From IMG/VR virus record IMGVR_UViG_3300030708_003584, positions 1 through 36,032 of that record: a stretch of 36,032 bases of DNA; one strand, 5' to 3'. The notes under the pieces were generated by a model. The model did no database searches, was not told the DNA's origin, and was given only the letters and a program-made list of their open reading frames with translations. Position 1 is the stretch's first letter, and each line of letters opens with the position of its first letter. Origin of the DNA: a virus (taxonomy: Duplodnaviria; Caudoviricetes). Below are positions 1 through 7,457 of the stretch, piece by piece. A program made the translations under genes and the position numbers.

Positions 1-300
1 TCTCAACTCGCGCAAAAAAGGTAGTACCTCCGGCGGGGGGGTGCTGCCTAGTTGACAGCCTACCACCACGTGGGGGGGGTATAAATGGGGAAAATGTTAT
101 CACAATGATGACAAAATGGGCATAAAATCGCGTTAAAGATATCCCACGAGAAGCCCGTATAAGCCCGTATGCGCGCGTTTGCGAGAATGGCATTAGGGGT
201 AGGCTGAATAGAAAATCGCGTCAGAATGGGTCCTGGACCCTATCGCGTGATAATGGCGATATGATAGCCGCCAAAATAATCGGGATTATTTTGGTACGCG
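1..300. other. Non-coding terminal region, putative packaging (cos/pac-like) region
   Basis: No long ORF; G-runs at 35-41 and 72-79, GGTAGTACC near-palindrome at 20-28, tandem AAGCCCGTAT x2 at 151-170; adjoins the terL end if the genome is circular. Function is inferred. Confidence 0.35.
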
Positions 301-305
301 CATAG

Positions 306-341
306 AAAAACCCCCATTGATATCGCTATCAATGGGGGTTT
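306..341 (-). terminator. Rho-independent terminator of the GP88-like gene
   Basis: Perfect 15-bp stem AAACCCCCATTGATA-tcgc-TATCAATGGGGGTTT with an A-run at 306-310 (U-tail on the minus strand), ~20 nt after the stop at 362. Confidence 0.85.
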
Positions 342-361
342 GAGGTTAACCGATTCGCGGT

Positions 362-1327
362 TTAATGAATCCCGATCAATACAGGAACATCTTGCATACG
401 ATCACTCGCGCAAGCTGGTTCACCACTTGGCAAACAATCGCCACAATCACCGGGGCAAGAGAATACGCGGTTGCCATATTCCGCGCGGCCGATGTCCCTT
501 ACTTCTTTGTGATACTGCTTGTCTTGATATCGGGAATTGTCACCATACTCATTTTCTAATTCAACCGCGCCGAAAATGCCGCGCGTAAATGGCAAGCTTT
601 CGACTATGCGGCGCAATTCATTATGATCATGGGATGGCGTATCATACCGCGAGCCGCTCGACATATTTAACGTGTAGTTGCGCGGCATGGGTACGGTTGC
701 CCCGTATGCCGGATTCATGAATACAGATTCATCATACGTTGCAAGTAACCGCCACGACTTTGAATAACCATAAGCAGTTATGTCCGGTCGATCGTTTAAC
801 AATTCCCACCATAGCGCCATCGTTTTATGACTATCAAAGTCACCATCCACATACAACCGCAGCATAATATCAAAGTCTAATTCCATGAACGCGCGGCGAA
901 TTGCGTCAGGGTTCTGTTGTATCAAAATGGTATTGAGTACTTGTCGACAAAATGCCGCAGGGTATCGCCATGCCTTAAGTGAATAACACCATTCACCACA
1001 TTCCCCATATCCGGGGCAAGTAAATAAGGGCAATGTGCTAAAGTTCTTATAGGGCAATTTTGAATTGCCGGTTGTGAAAATGCTAAAGCCCTTATATTCG
1101 GTTACATAGTCGCGATAGTGGCGCAGTGCATTAGATAAGCTTTTCAGATAATACCCCCACGAGCTTTTTTTTCGGATTCCGCCAATGCGCCGCGCCTCTT
1201 GATGCGCGATATCCGCCGCGACATTGAATCCGCCATTGTCATCAAATCGCCGATTTTCAAAGGGCGATAGAATACGCTCGATAAAATTCATACAACGTTG
1301 ACGATTCATTTTGCTACTTTTAGCCAT
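362..1327 (-). CDS. Phage gene product 88 (GP88)-like, radical-SAM-like Cys-cluster protein
   Basis: GNSKL...TCPGYGECGEWCY, RLYVDGDF, YGYSK and C-terminal CPGDCGDC motifs typical of the GP88 family; RBS AAAGGTG. Confidence 0.75.
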   Translation of the reverse strand: MAKSSKMNRQRCMNFIERILSPFENRRFDDNGGFNVAADIAHQEARRIGGIRKKSSWGYYLKSLSNALRHYRDYVTEYKGFSIFTTGNSKLPYKNFSTLPLFTCPGYGECGEWCYSLKAWRYPAAFCRQVLNTILIQQNPDAIRRAFMELDFDIMLRLYVDGDFDSHKTMALWWELLNDRPDITAYGYSKSWRLLATYDESVFMNPAYGATVPMPRNYTLNMSSGSRYDTPSHDHNELRRIVESLPFTRGIFGAVELENEYGDNSRYQDKQYHKEVRDIGRAEYGNRVFSCPGDCGDCLPSGEPACASDRMQDVPVLIGIH

Positions 1328-1363
1328 AGTTACACCTTTAATAGAATAGTAGTTGACATGCTT

Positions 1364-1392
1364 ATCCTATCGGTACACCGATAATAAATCAA
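1364..1392 (-). promoter_or_regulatory. Sigma70-type promoter with palindromic operator
   Basis: Minus strand TTGATT-17bp-TAGGAT; operator TATCGG-N4-CCGATA at 1368-1383. Confidence 0.7.
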
Positions 1393-1472
1393 CAGACTAT
1401 TCCACCATCGGCAATAGTACGCGGCAATTGTGCGCGGATATGTCGCGGCATTTTGCCGCGCGGCATGGTATC

Positions 1473-1503
1473 AAAAAAAACACACCCCCATGACGGGGGT
1501 GTG
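1473..1503 (-). terminator. Rho-independent terminator within cassette 1
   Basis: CACACCCCC-atgac-GGGGGTGTG stem preceded by A8 on + (U8 tail on -). Confidence 0.75.
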
Positions 1504-1597
1504 CCAAAATGGCCGATTTGCCAGAGTGGCAGAATCGCGAAAGCTGCTCAGATCTCTGACAGATTTTCGCGCGTAGGCGCAAAAGTGCGTTCAAAAA

Positions 1598-2023
1598 TTA
1601 TTCCCAGACGCGACGATCCAATTTCTCCGGGTAGAGGCTCTTAAATTTATCCATGCATTTGATGATGTGTTCGAGCACGTCCGCAGGCTCATCAAACTGC
1701 GTGAAATCATAGTCGTTGATGTCGTCCGTAAGCAGACTTTCAGCGACCACATATCCCACGAGCGGCTCTGGCATTTCACTGTGCGGATCTCCCGAGCCGA
1801 GTTCCGCGGCGTAGAACACTTGTATGTAAATGTCCAAGTGAGAACGTTCCAACAGGGTGATGCCGAGCGACGGGAATTCGTCGTGCGAAAACTCAAAATC
1901 CTCACACGAAAACCCCATGAGGCTGAGGGTGGGTAGTAGCGTCTCGAACCCTTCTGGGGCGGTGAGTGACCAACCCGCGATTAGCCCCTCAAAATATTCA
2001 GCGTTTTTGAAATTGCGATTCAT
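1598..2023 (-). CDS. Small acidic hypothetical protein
   Basis: ORF track 1598-2077; ATG at 2023 preceded by AAAGGAAG. Confidence 0.65.
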   Translation of the reverse strand: MNRNFKNAEYFEGLIAGWSLTAPEGFETLLPTLSLMGFSCEDFEFSHDEFPSLGITLLERSHLDIYIQVFYAAELGSGDPHSEMPEPLVGYVVAESLLTDDINDYDFTQFDEPADVLEHIIKCMDKFKSLYPEKLDRRVWE

Positions 2024-2037
2024 CGTTGGTCTTCCTT

Positions 2038-2337
2038 TCACACGAGAAGGGTGATTAGTTGTTGCACTTCTTCCCATGGCAAAATCAATTCCGCAGCACC
2101 GTTAAACGCACTGATGTGAATCGGCTGAAAATCGGTGTTTTCAAAAAACCATTTTTGCTCGGCGTAATCTAAATTACGACCCCACGTGATGTACACGTCC
2201 TCGCCATCCTCGGTTACACATTCGCCTATGTCCGCACATCCTAGCGCGAGAAAACTTGGAACAGATCCAAGCCGCCGCTCGCTATCAGGTTTAGCGCACA
2301 CTGTGCATTCATATAATTGATCTAAGTATTCAGACAT
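2038..2337 (-). CDS. Hypothetical protein (CxxC near N-terminus), first gene of cassette 2
   Basis: ATG at 2337 after leader AGAGGTGCAAACG. Confidence 0.7.
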   Translation of the reverse strand: MSEYLDQLYECTVCAKPDSERRLGSVPSFLALGCADIGECVTEDGEDVYITWGRNLDYAEQKWFFENTDFQPIHISAFNGAAELILPWEEVQQLITLLV

Positions 2338-2340
2338 CGT

Positions 2341-2600
2341 TTGCACCTCTTAAGAAAAATGTAGTTGACTCATTTAAATATATCGGCACACCGATAGGAA
2401 ATCAATAGCTTTGCACCACAATATGATTTAACCGCGAGATATCATGTGCCGCGCGGCATGCGATCACAATGAGACACCCCCAGAATGGCCGCGTGTCAGA
2501 ATGGCCGCTGTGCCAACCTGGCAGGATCGCAATTCCTGTCCAGATCTCTGACAGATTTTCGCCCGCATACGCGAAAGTGCGTTCAAAAATCATGAGCTCG
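2341..2600 (-). repeat. Early promoter cassette repeat, copy 2
   Basis: Same blocks as copies 1 and 3; internal CAGAATGGCCGC duplication. Confidence 0.9.
2377..2405 (-). promoter_or_regulatory. Sigma70-type promoter with palindromic operator
   Basis: Minus strand TTGATT-17bp-TATATT; operator TATCGG-N4-CCGATA at 2381-2396. Confidence 0.75.
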
Positions 2601-2847
2601 TCTCGTCCTGCCTCGGACACCAGAAGTTGATTATTTCTTCCCAGAGATCGTCGTATTCGCCATCCCTATGGGAATAGGTAAGTGTGGATGAGCCATCGTT
2701 GAAATTCAACACGCACACGTAGGTCACTAGCTCACCTTTTGCGTTGTAGCCACAATCGATGATATCGATTGACGTTACGCTTGAAGCATATACACTCGCA
2801 TCGAGCATATGCGTATTGTTGTCTGGATATAATCTTACTTTTTCCAT
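2590..2847 (-). CDS. Small acidic hypothetical protein
   Basis: ATG at 2847 after AAAAGGTGCAAC; ORF track 2590-2868. Confidence 0.65.
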   Translation of the reverse strand: MEKVRLYPDNNTHMLDASVYASSVTSIDIIDCGYNAKGELVTYVCVLNFNDGSSTLTYSHRDGEYDDLWEEIINFWCPRQDETSS

Positions 2848-2860
2848 GTTGCACCTTTTA

Positions 2861-3070
2861 TCATTCAATAACTACTTTGATGTTCAAACCAACCGCCTTC
2901 GCCATTGCGAGCACTTGATCCCAGCTGGCGAAACGCTTACCTGTTTCCACCTCCGACCAGCTTGATTGTGCGATGCCAGCCTTGCTGGCGGCAACCGTTG
3001 TGGTGATGCCACCGCGTTTGCGTGTGGCTGCGATACGTTTAACTACCGTTGCTTTACTGAGATTTCTCAT
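2861..3070 (-). CDS. XRE/Cro-type helix-turn-helix protein
   Basis: AASKAGIAQSSWSEVETGKRFASWDQVLAMAKAVG is a typical HTH_3 signature; 69 aa, no peptidase domain. Confidence 0.85.
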   Translation of the reverse strand: MRNLSKATVVKRIAATRKRGGITTTVAASKAGIAQSSWSEVETGKRFASWDQVLAMAKAVGLNIKVVIE

Positions 3071-3399
3071 GCTTGACTCTTCTTTCCCCGTGCAACCTGC
3101 TCGGCCAGTTCTATGATTTCAAAACGAATTCCGTCGAGCCAAGCGAGCTCATCACGATCTAACGTGTACGGTTCAGAATCCTCGTAATATGGATTCGGTT
3201 CAAGTGTGCCGCGATTGATAAGCGTTTGGTTTACATCTGATTGATTCGCACCATCGCGGGTTCGGACGATGATCTTGTCATCGACCCAGACTTCTAACAC
3301 GCCATGGGTGAAACACATAGGCGGCGCGCCTTTGACCGTCACCGCCTTGCGAAAATAATCTAATTGGTCTGGTAATAGTTCTAGTTTACTCATCATCAA
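3067..3399 (-). CDS. Hypothetical protein
   Basis: Coupled ORF within the operon. Confidence 0.6.
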   Translation of the reverse strand: MMMSKLELLPDQLDYFRKAVTVKGAPPMCFTHGVLEVWVDDKIIVRTRDGANQSDVNQTLINRGTLEPNPYYEDSEPYTLDRDELAWLDGIRFEIIELAEQVARGKKSQA

Positions 3400-3718
3400 A
3401 TTCTGCTACCTTTCCTTCTTCATAATTGTCCCACTGAGATATCACCGTATGAAATGTGTTTGCGTCACACTCAACAGCCTCGATAAACCGTAATGGGCAG
3501 GACGACTCCCACCAGTCATGAAGCTGGCGAAGTGCTGCATCTTTATCTTTGACTAACACCATCTCATACCCAGCTTCGTTGAGAGACTCGTGGCTGGATT
3601 CATCTAGAGCCACATAAATTTTATGGCAACCATCCCATCCGATGCTGACAGCCGTGGACACACTGGCTTCAGCTTTATTTAAGAACGGTTGTTTGAATGT
3701 CTCTGCAATATTAATCAT
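3386..3718 (-). CDS. Hypothetical phage protein (WDGCHKIY...WWESSCPLRFI)
   Basis: ATG at 3718 after AAGGGAG; overlaps the upstream stop. Confidence 0.7.
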   Translation of the reverse strand: MINIAETFKQPFLNKAEASVSTAVSIGWDGCHKIYVALDESSHESLNEAGYEMVLVKDKDAALRQLHDWWESSCPLRFIEAVECDANTFHTVISQWDNYEEGKVAEFDDE

Positions 3719-4061
3719 TACACTCTCCCTTAAAATCATCTATGAGACTATGCAGCAAACTGTCTCCCTCAAAATCATCTATGAGACTATGCAGCAAACT
3801 GCTATATGGCTCTGGATCGTCTCCGAACCGTTTATCTGCTTCTGCATAATACGAGTCGTGATCCGCTCGATCGTAAAAGAAGACTTCATCCGCGCCGCCG
3901 TCACCATCGTTTTCAGCGACCCCGATGTGCCGCCCTTTGTGGTAAATGTCAGCGGTGTAAGCCAGCCCGGAACGCCGCTCGAAATAGTTGACGTTTCTTA
4001 CCGCGTATCCCCCGAACCACTTACGCATCCTCGCAGTCCACTGTTCTATTTCGTTAATCAT
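3711..4061 (-). CDS. Hypothetical protein with duplicated C-terminal 13-aa segment
   Basis: RBS AAAGGAAAG; SLLHSLIDDF(E/K)G occurs twice. Confidence 0.7.
   Translation of the reverse strand: MINEIEQWTARMRKWFGGYAVRNVNYFERRSGLAYTADIYHKGRHIGVAENDGDGGADEVFFYDRADHDSYYAEADKRFGDDPEPYSSLLHSLIDDFEGDSLLHSLIDDFKGECND
3724..3801. repeat. 39-bp tandem duplication
   Basis: TCTCCCT(T/C)AAAATCATCTATGAGACTATGCAGCAAACTG at 3724-3762 and 3763-3801, one mismatch. Confidence 0.95.
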
Positions 4062-4444
4062 ATTTCTTTCCTTTCCAGACCATCACCTTGTCCAGCTGGC
4101 ACTTCGTTCCAACACTTTTTGCAACACAAGATCTCATGCCCCATTTCATCGATGTGGTACGTCGAAAAAGCCCCGCAGCAATCAGTCAGACGTACGCCTG
4201 ATTCGTGATAATTTCTCACATTGTCATCGACAAATTCCCAGCCTTCGCCGCCCATCCACGTTGCACAATGCTCATCATCGGCATAGTACAATGTCAGCGT
4301 TGTATAGATCCAATCGCCATATGCATCTAAGTCGGTTCTTTCCTCAACCTCTGACGCTGTTAAGCTTTCTATTGAATGCTTAGAAATCAGCATTTGCTCG
4401 AAATCATACTGTGTAATCTTAATTCTCTCAGTAGCTTTACTCAT
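4058..4444 (-). CDS. Hypothetical protein with C-terminal Zn-ribbon
   Basis: TDCCGA...CCKKCW; RBS GAGGAG. Confidence 0.7.
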   Translation of the reverse strand: MSKATERIKITQYDFEQMLISKHSIESLTASEVEERTDLDAYGDWIYTTLTLYYADDEHCATWMGGEGWEFVDDNVRNYHESGVRLTDCCGAFSTYHIDEMGHEILCCKKCWNEVPAGQGDGLERKEI

Positions 4445-4682
4445 CGTTGCTCTCCTCTGTCAGCAGCGTTGTTGCGCTATCGATGACGTCCATCGTCCGA
4501 CCAAAATCGCCCGCAAGACTTTCCATGATCTGGTTATAGAGATACTCTTTGTGCTCATCGTCATACGTTGTTGCGTCTACAATCAGTGCGACAAGCACTT
4601 CCAATTGCTCCCGCGCGTGCTTTTCAGCGAGCCAAATGTAGAACTCGTCTGTCGGCTCAAAGTCTTTTTTATCGTTACTCAT
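4437..4682 (-). CDS. Small acidic hypothetical protein
   Basis: ATG at 4682 after AAAGGTGCAAAAA. Confidence 0.65.
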   Translation of the reverse strand: MSNDKKDFEPTDEFYIWLAEKHAREQLEVLVALIVDATTYDDEHKEYLYNQIMESLAGDFGRTMDVIDSATTLLTEESNDE

Positions 4683-4707
4683 TTTTTGCACCTTTATGAG
4701 AAGTTAG

Positions 4708-5130
4708 TTAGCTGGTGAGAGTGGCTCGTGATTTTTTCATTCCCAGATCAACGCACCGACCAAGTTTCATAGGTTGTAGGTTGTCACGATACTGGCTGTT
4801 TTTTAGTTGGCCGTCTGGGACAGTAACCCAGACTAACCGCTTACGCGGTTGATAGTGATAAAATCGAACCGAGGTTACCTCGACCCATTCATCCACGGTG
4901 GAGAGATCCGTCATCACTTTGCACATTGAGACGGGGGAACGGAATTCAAATTTCTGACCTTCCCCAGTTGCTTTAAATAGTTTGTGAAGATCTTCTATAG
5001 CTTCGCTATGAATTTGATGGCGGATGGCGTGATCAATTCCTCTGGTGAGATTTTCTATAGCTCTTGAGTCGGTAAGTCCGTGCTCGCGGCTTAGTTCTAG
5101 TACTTCGTTTTTAAATAGTTCGTAGCTCAT
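4708..5130 (-). CDS. Hypothetical protein, first gene of cassette 3
   Basis: ATG at 5130 after AGAGGTGCAAACG. Confidence 0.7.
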   Translation of the reverse strand: MSYELFKNEVLELSREHGLTDSRAIENLTRGIDHAIRHQIHSEAIEDLHKLFKATGEGQKFEFRSPVSMCKVMTDLSTVDEWVEVTSVRFYHYQPRKRLVWVTVPDGQLKNSQYRDNLQPMKLGRCVDLGMKKSRATLTS

Positions 5131-5132
5131 CG

Positions 5133-5412
5133 TTTGCACCTCTTAAGAATTTTGTAGTTGACATGTTCATTATATCGGCACACCGATAATGTGTCAAGAG
5201 GGTAAATATTTTTTTTGCATGCACGATGGTGCATCGCCACGCTTTTCGGTACACATTTCGGCCATGTGAGGTGTTATCAAAACGACCACCCGCCGCCTTG
5301 GGGGTGTGTCAACATGGCCGATTTGCCAGAGTGGCAGGATTGCGAAAGTTGCTCAGATCTCTAATAGATTTTCGCGCGTAGGCACGAAAGTGCGTTCAAA
5401 AATCATGAGCTC
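5133..5412 (-). repeat. Early promoter cassette repeat, copy 3
   Basis: Same blocks as copies 1 and 2. Confidence 0.9.
5169..5197 (-). promoter_or_regulatory. Consensus sigma70 promoter with palindromic operator
   Basis: Minus strand TTGACA-cattatcggtgtgccga(17)-TATAAT; operator TATCGG-N4-CCGATA at 5173-5188. Confidence 0.9.
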
Positions 5413-5419
5413 CGGCGGG

Positions 5420-5749
5420 CTAGTCGCCTAAAGCATCTCGCATACGAGTGATAGCCTGCTTCGCATCGTCCGGTTTTTCATCAAGTGCATGACCGGCGGC
5501 ATCAGCCAGGTGAGACAGACTCTTATTGGTTTTAGAAATACCTGCGAGCAGTTCAGTCTGTTTCTCGATCGCTTCAACCGTTCGTTTGTTCTGCATCTTT
5601 GTCGCATCAAGAAAGATGACATGTTCCTGTACGACCCGCTGGCCAAGGGGAGCAGCGTACTTCGCAATCCGGTAGATCGCAAAAATGATTACTAGCAATA
5701 GCCCGATCGGAAGTCCAACTGAGTTTATAATTTCTGTAATGGTTTCCAT
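5420..5749 (-). CDS. Single-TM membrane protein (holin-like)
   Basis: ATG at 5749 after GAGGGA; N-terminal TM VGLPIGLLLVIIFAIY followed by a coiled coil; end of the tail operon. Confidence 0.6.
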   Translation of the reverse strand: METITEIINSVGLPIGLLLVIIFAIYRIAKYAAPLGQRVVQEHVIFLDATKMQNKRTVEAIEKQTELLAGISKTNKSLSHLADAAGHALDEKPDDAKQAITRMRDALGD

Positions 5750-5771
5750 TCTTATTCCCTCTTGTTTTGAA

Positions 5772-5841
5772 GCCGCCCGGCGAGTCGCTGCGGGGCGTGG
5801 GTTACAGCAGGGCTTGTGATAAGCCAAAACTGCCGGGCGGC
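5772..5841. ncRNA. Putative structured RNA element (three-way junction)
   Basis: 10-bp outer stem GCCGCCCGGC/GCCGGGCGGC enclosing CTGC..GCAG and GGCTT-gtgat-AAGCC hairpins; intergenic. Confidence 0.4.
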
Positions 5842-5847
5842 AATTAC

Positions 5848-6048
5848 TCACTCGGCCTGTTTCGCGGGGTTGGTTGGCCGCAGTGAATCCCCGACGATTA
5901 TTGCTCCGGCGAGAGCGGTGATCTTCGTCAGCATTTCATCATCGAATAACGCTAGCTCACCATTCACTGAGACGACTGCTGCGGTGATGATCGCTAGTAA
6001 GACACGCTTTGATTTAAGCGCCTTTATCACGTCTTGAATGATCGTCAT
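5848..6048 (-). CDS. Small two-TM holin-like protein
   Basis: ATG at 6048 overlapping the upstream TAA; LKSKRVLLAIITAAVV...LAGAIIVGDS resembles small phage holins. Confidence 0.6.
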   Translation of the reverse strand: MTIIQDVIKALKSKRVLLAIITAAVVSVNGELALFDDEMLTKITALAGAIIVGDSLRPTNPAKQAE

Positions 6049-6311
6049 TAAAATAACCCTTTGAGTTTCGTGAGGATCGTTGTGCCTGCTCCGCTGCTCA
6101 GAATCATGTAAGCTGCAATACCGGCAACGATCAGGAAAAACAACCACTTTCGTTTTTGTCCTTTCGCTAACGCCAGATCTGCTTTCGCTTGGATCTTACT
6201 AGTCTTGGACTCAGCCTTGATCACCTTGTAATCACTCCGCGTCCGTGAAGACGTCGCCGCGTTATCACTTGTAACCAAATTACTTTTGCGTTTATCACGA
6301 CGTTTAGACAT
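6048..6311 (-). CDS. Small basic protein with C-terminal TM helix
   Basis: ATG at 6311 overlapping the upstream gene end; KRKWLFFLIVAGIAAYMIL. Confidence 0.6.
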   Translation of the reverse strand: MSKRRDKRKSNLVTSDNAATSSRTRSDYKVIKAESKTSKIQAKADLALAKGQKRKWLFFLIVAGIAAYMILSSGAGTTILTKLKGLF

Positions 6312-7131
6312 TGCTAATGACTCGTTGAACAATTCGGTTGGGGGCGGTGTCAGTTCCGATGGTTATGACAGACGGATCGTAAAAGAAATGTCCGCCGTTT
6401 TGGGCGAGCGTAGTTATCGTACGAGCACGACCGCTGTTCGTCATATTCACATTGGCCTGATCTTCAATTTGGATCGACGCATACGTGCCTGTACCGTTGA
6501 GAGTTGCAGATCCAGAGTATGCGGTGAGGGTTGTGGATATACCAGCGTCTTCACCAGTGGCAAACGAACCTTTGAGCAGCTTCACTGTACCAACGGATTG
6601 ATTAGTCGTAACCGTTCCACCCGTTTGCGTTAGTGCGGAAAAGCTTGAGGTCTGACTGCTTACATGTAGTCGACCTTTCGAGACGCTTGCCGTGTTGATC
6701 GATGCTGAATCACCGGCGTAGTATGCTATCGCCACCGCACCGCCGGTGATCGACAACACATCAATATCACCTTTCAAGTGAATCGCATATGTGCCAAGTG
6801 CGTACGATGCGGAGCTACTGATCACTGGGTCGATGCCACTGGACGTACCAAAGTCCATGTAGATGCGACCGCTTCCGTGATAACTAAAGTCCGTTGGGCT
6901 GGCCGTCAAGTAGACATCGGCACTTCCGATATCTGACGTAAACCCCTGTTCGACCAGAATTTCTGCATAGGCGGTCGTGCCTTGGTCAACATTTTCTGTG
7001 CACGGATTATCATACGCCGGTGAGAAGATAATAGTATCACCGGCAGACGGTGAGCCATTCGTCCAATTGGCCGCGGTATTAAAATCGGTCGGCGACGTGG
7101 AATCCGTGCCTTTCCATGTGGTCACAGCCAT
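6304..7131 (-). CDS. Virion structural/tail-associated protein (beta-helix-like)
   Basis: RBS AAAGGA; TWKG...DFNTAANW...PSAGDTIIF start and Thr/Ser/Gly-rich beta repeats. Confidence 0.6.
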   Translation of the reverse strand: MAVTTWKGTDSTSPTDFNTAANWTNGSPSAGDTIIFSPAYDNPCTENVDQGTTAYAEILVEQGFTSDIGSADVYLTASPTDFSYHGSGRIYMDFGTSSGIDPVISSSASYALGTYAIHLKGDIDVLSITGGAVAIAYYAGDSASINTASVSKGRLHVSSQTSSFSALTQTGGTVTTNQSVGTVKLLKGSFATGEDAGISTTLTAYSGSATLNGTGTYASIQIEDQANVNMTNSGRARTITTLAQNGGHFFYDPSVITIGTDTAPNRIVQRVISNV

Positions 7132-7196
7132 GAGGTATTTCCTTTCAAAATATCATTATAAAATGCTTAGCAACGACGTTTAATTGTGATAAACGG

Positions 7197-7457
7197 TCAC
7201 TGTTTATTTTCTACATCCCAGCGTCCATCTGGACACTCCTCGGATGCCCACCGGGTTTTTACCAGTCGACCCTGTCCAATCACTTTACAGCCACACAGGC
7301 TGCATCTGTCGCCTTTCAAATGTTCACACAGTGCACACATGAATTGTCGCTTGCCAATGGTTTCATGTGATGATTCTTTAAAACCGGAGGCCGCGTGTTT
7401 GATGACAGCTTGTGTGAACCTTGTGGCTTGGCGTAATTTGGACGGTTTGTTTGTCAT
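7197..7457 (-). CDS. Small Cys-rich protein (DUF6171-like)
   Basis: CALCEH...CSLCGC...CPDGRW pattern; RBS GAGGTG. Confidence 0.65.
   Translation of the reverse strand: MTNKPSKLRQATRFTQAVIKHAASGFKESSHETIGKRQFMCALCEHLKGDRCSLCGCKVIGQGRLVKTRWASEECPDGRWDVENKQ

Larger units (their letters stand above)
1330..1600 (-). repeat. Early promoter cassette repeat, copy 1
   Basis: Shares the leader/promoter block and a ~100-bp upstream block (GGCCG...CAGATCTCT.A.AGATTTTCGC...AAAGTGCGTTCAAAAAT) with 2341-2600 and 5133-5412. Confidence 0.9.

Noticed and set aside
1397-1644. ORFs 1397-1594 and 1453-1644 (also 2402-2620)
   Set aside because: They are translations of the non-coding cassette repeats
1349-5165. 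GTCAACTAC resembles the 5' end of HEARO/IscB omega-RNA elements and CRISPR repeat ends
   Set aside because: It is followed within ~25 nt by an RBS and ATG; no IscB/TnpB/Cas ORF and no regular repeat-spacer array
1353-5190. Plus-strand TTGAC(A/T) in the leaders as -35 boxes of antisense promoters
   Set aside because: No -10 hexamer at 16-18 bp spacing; the minus-strand promoters have correct geometry in all three copies
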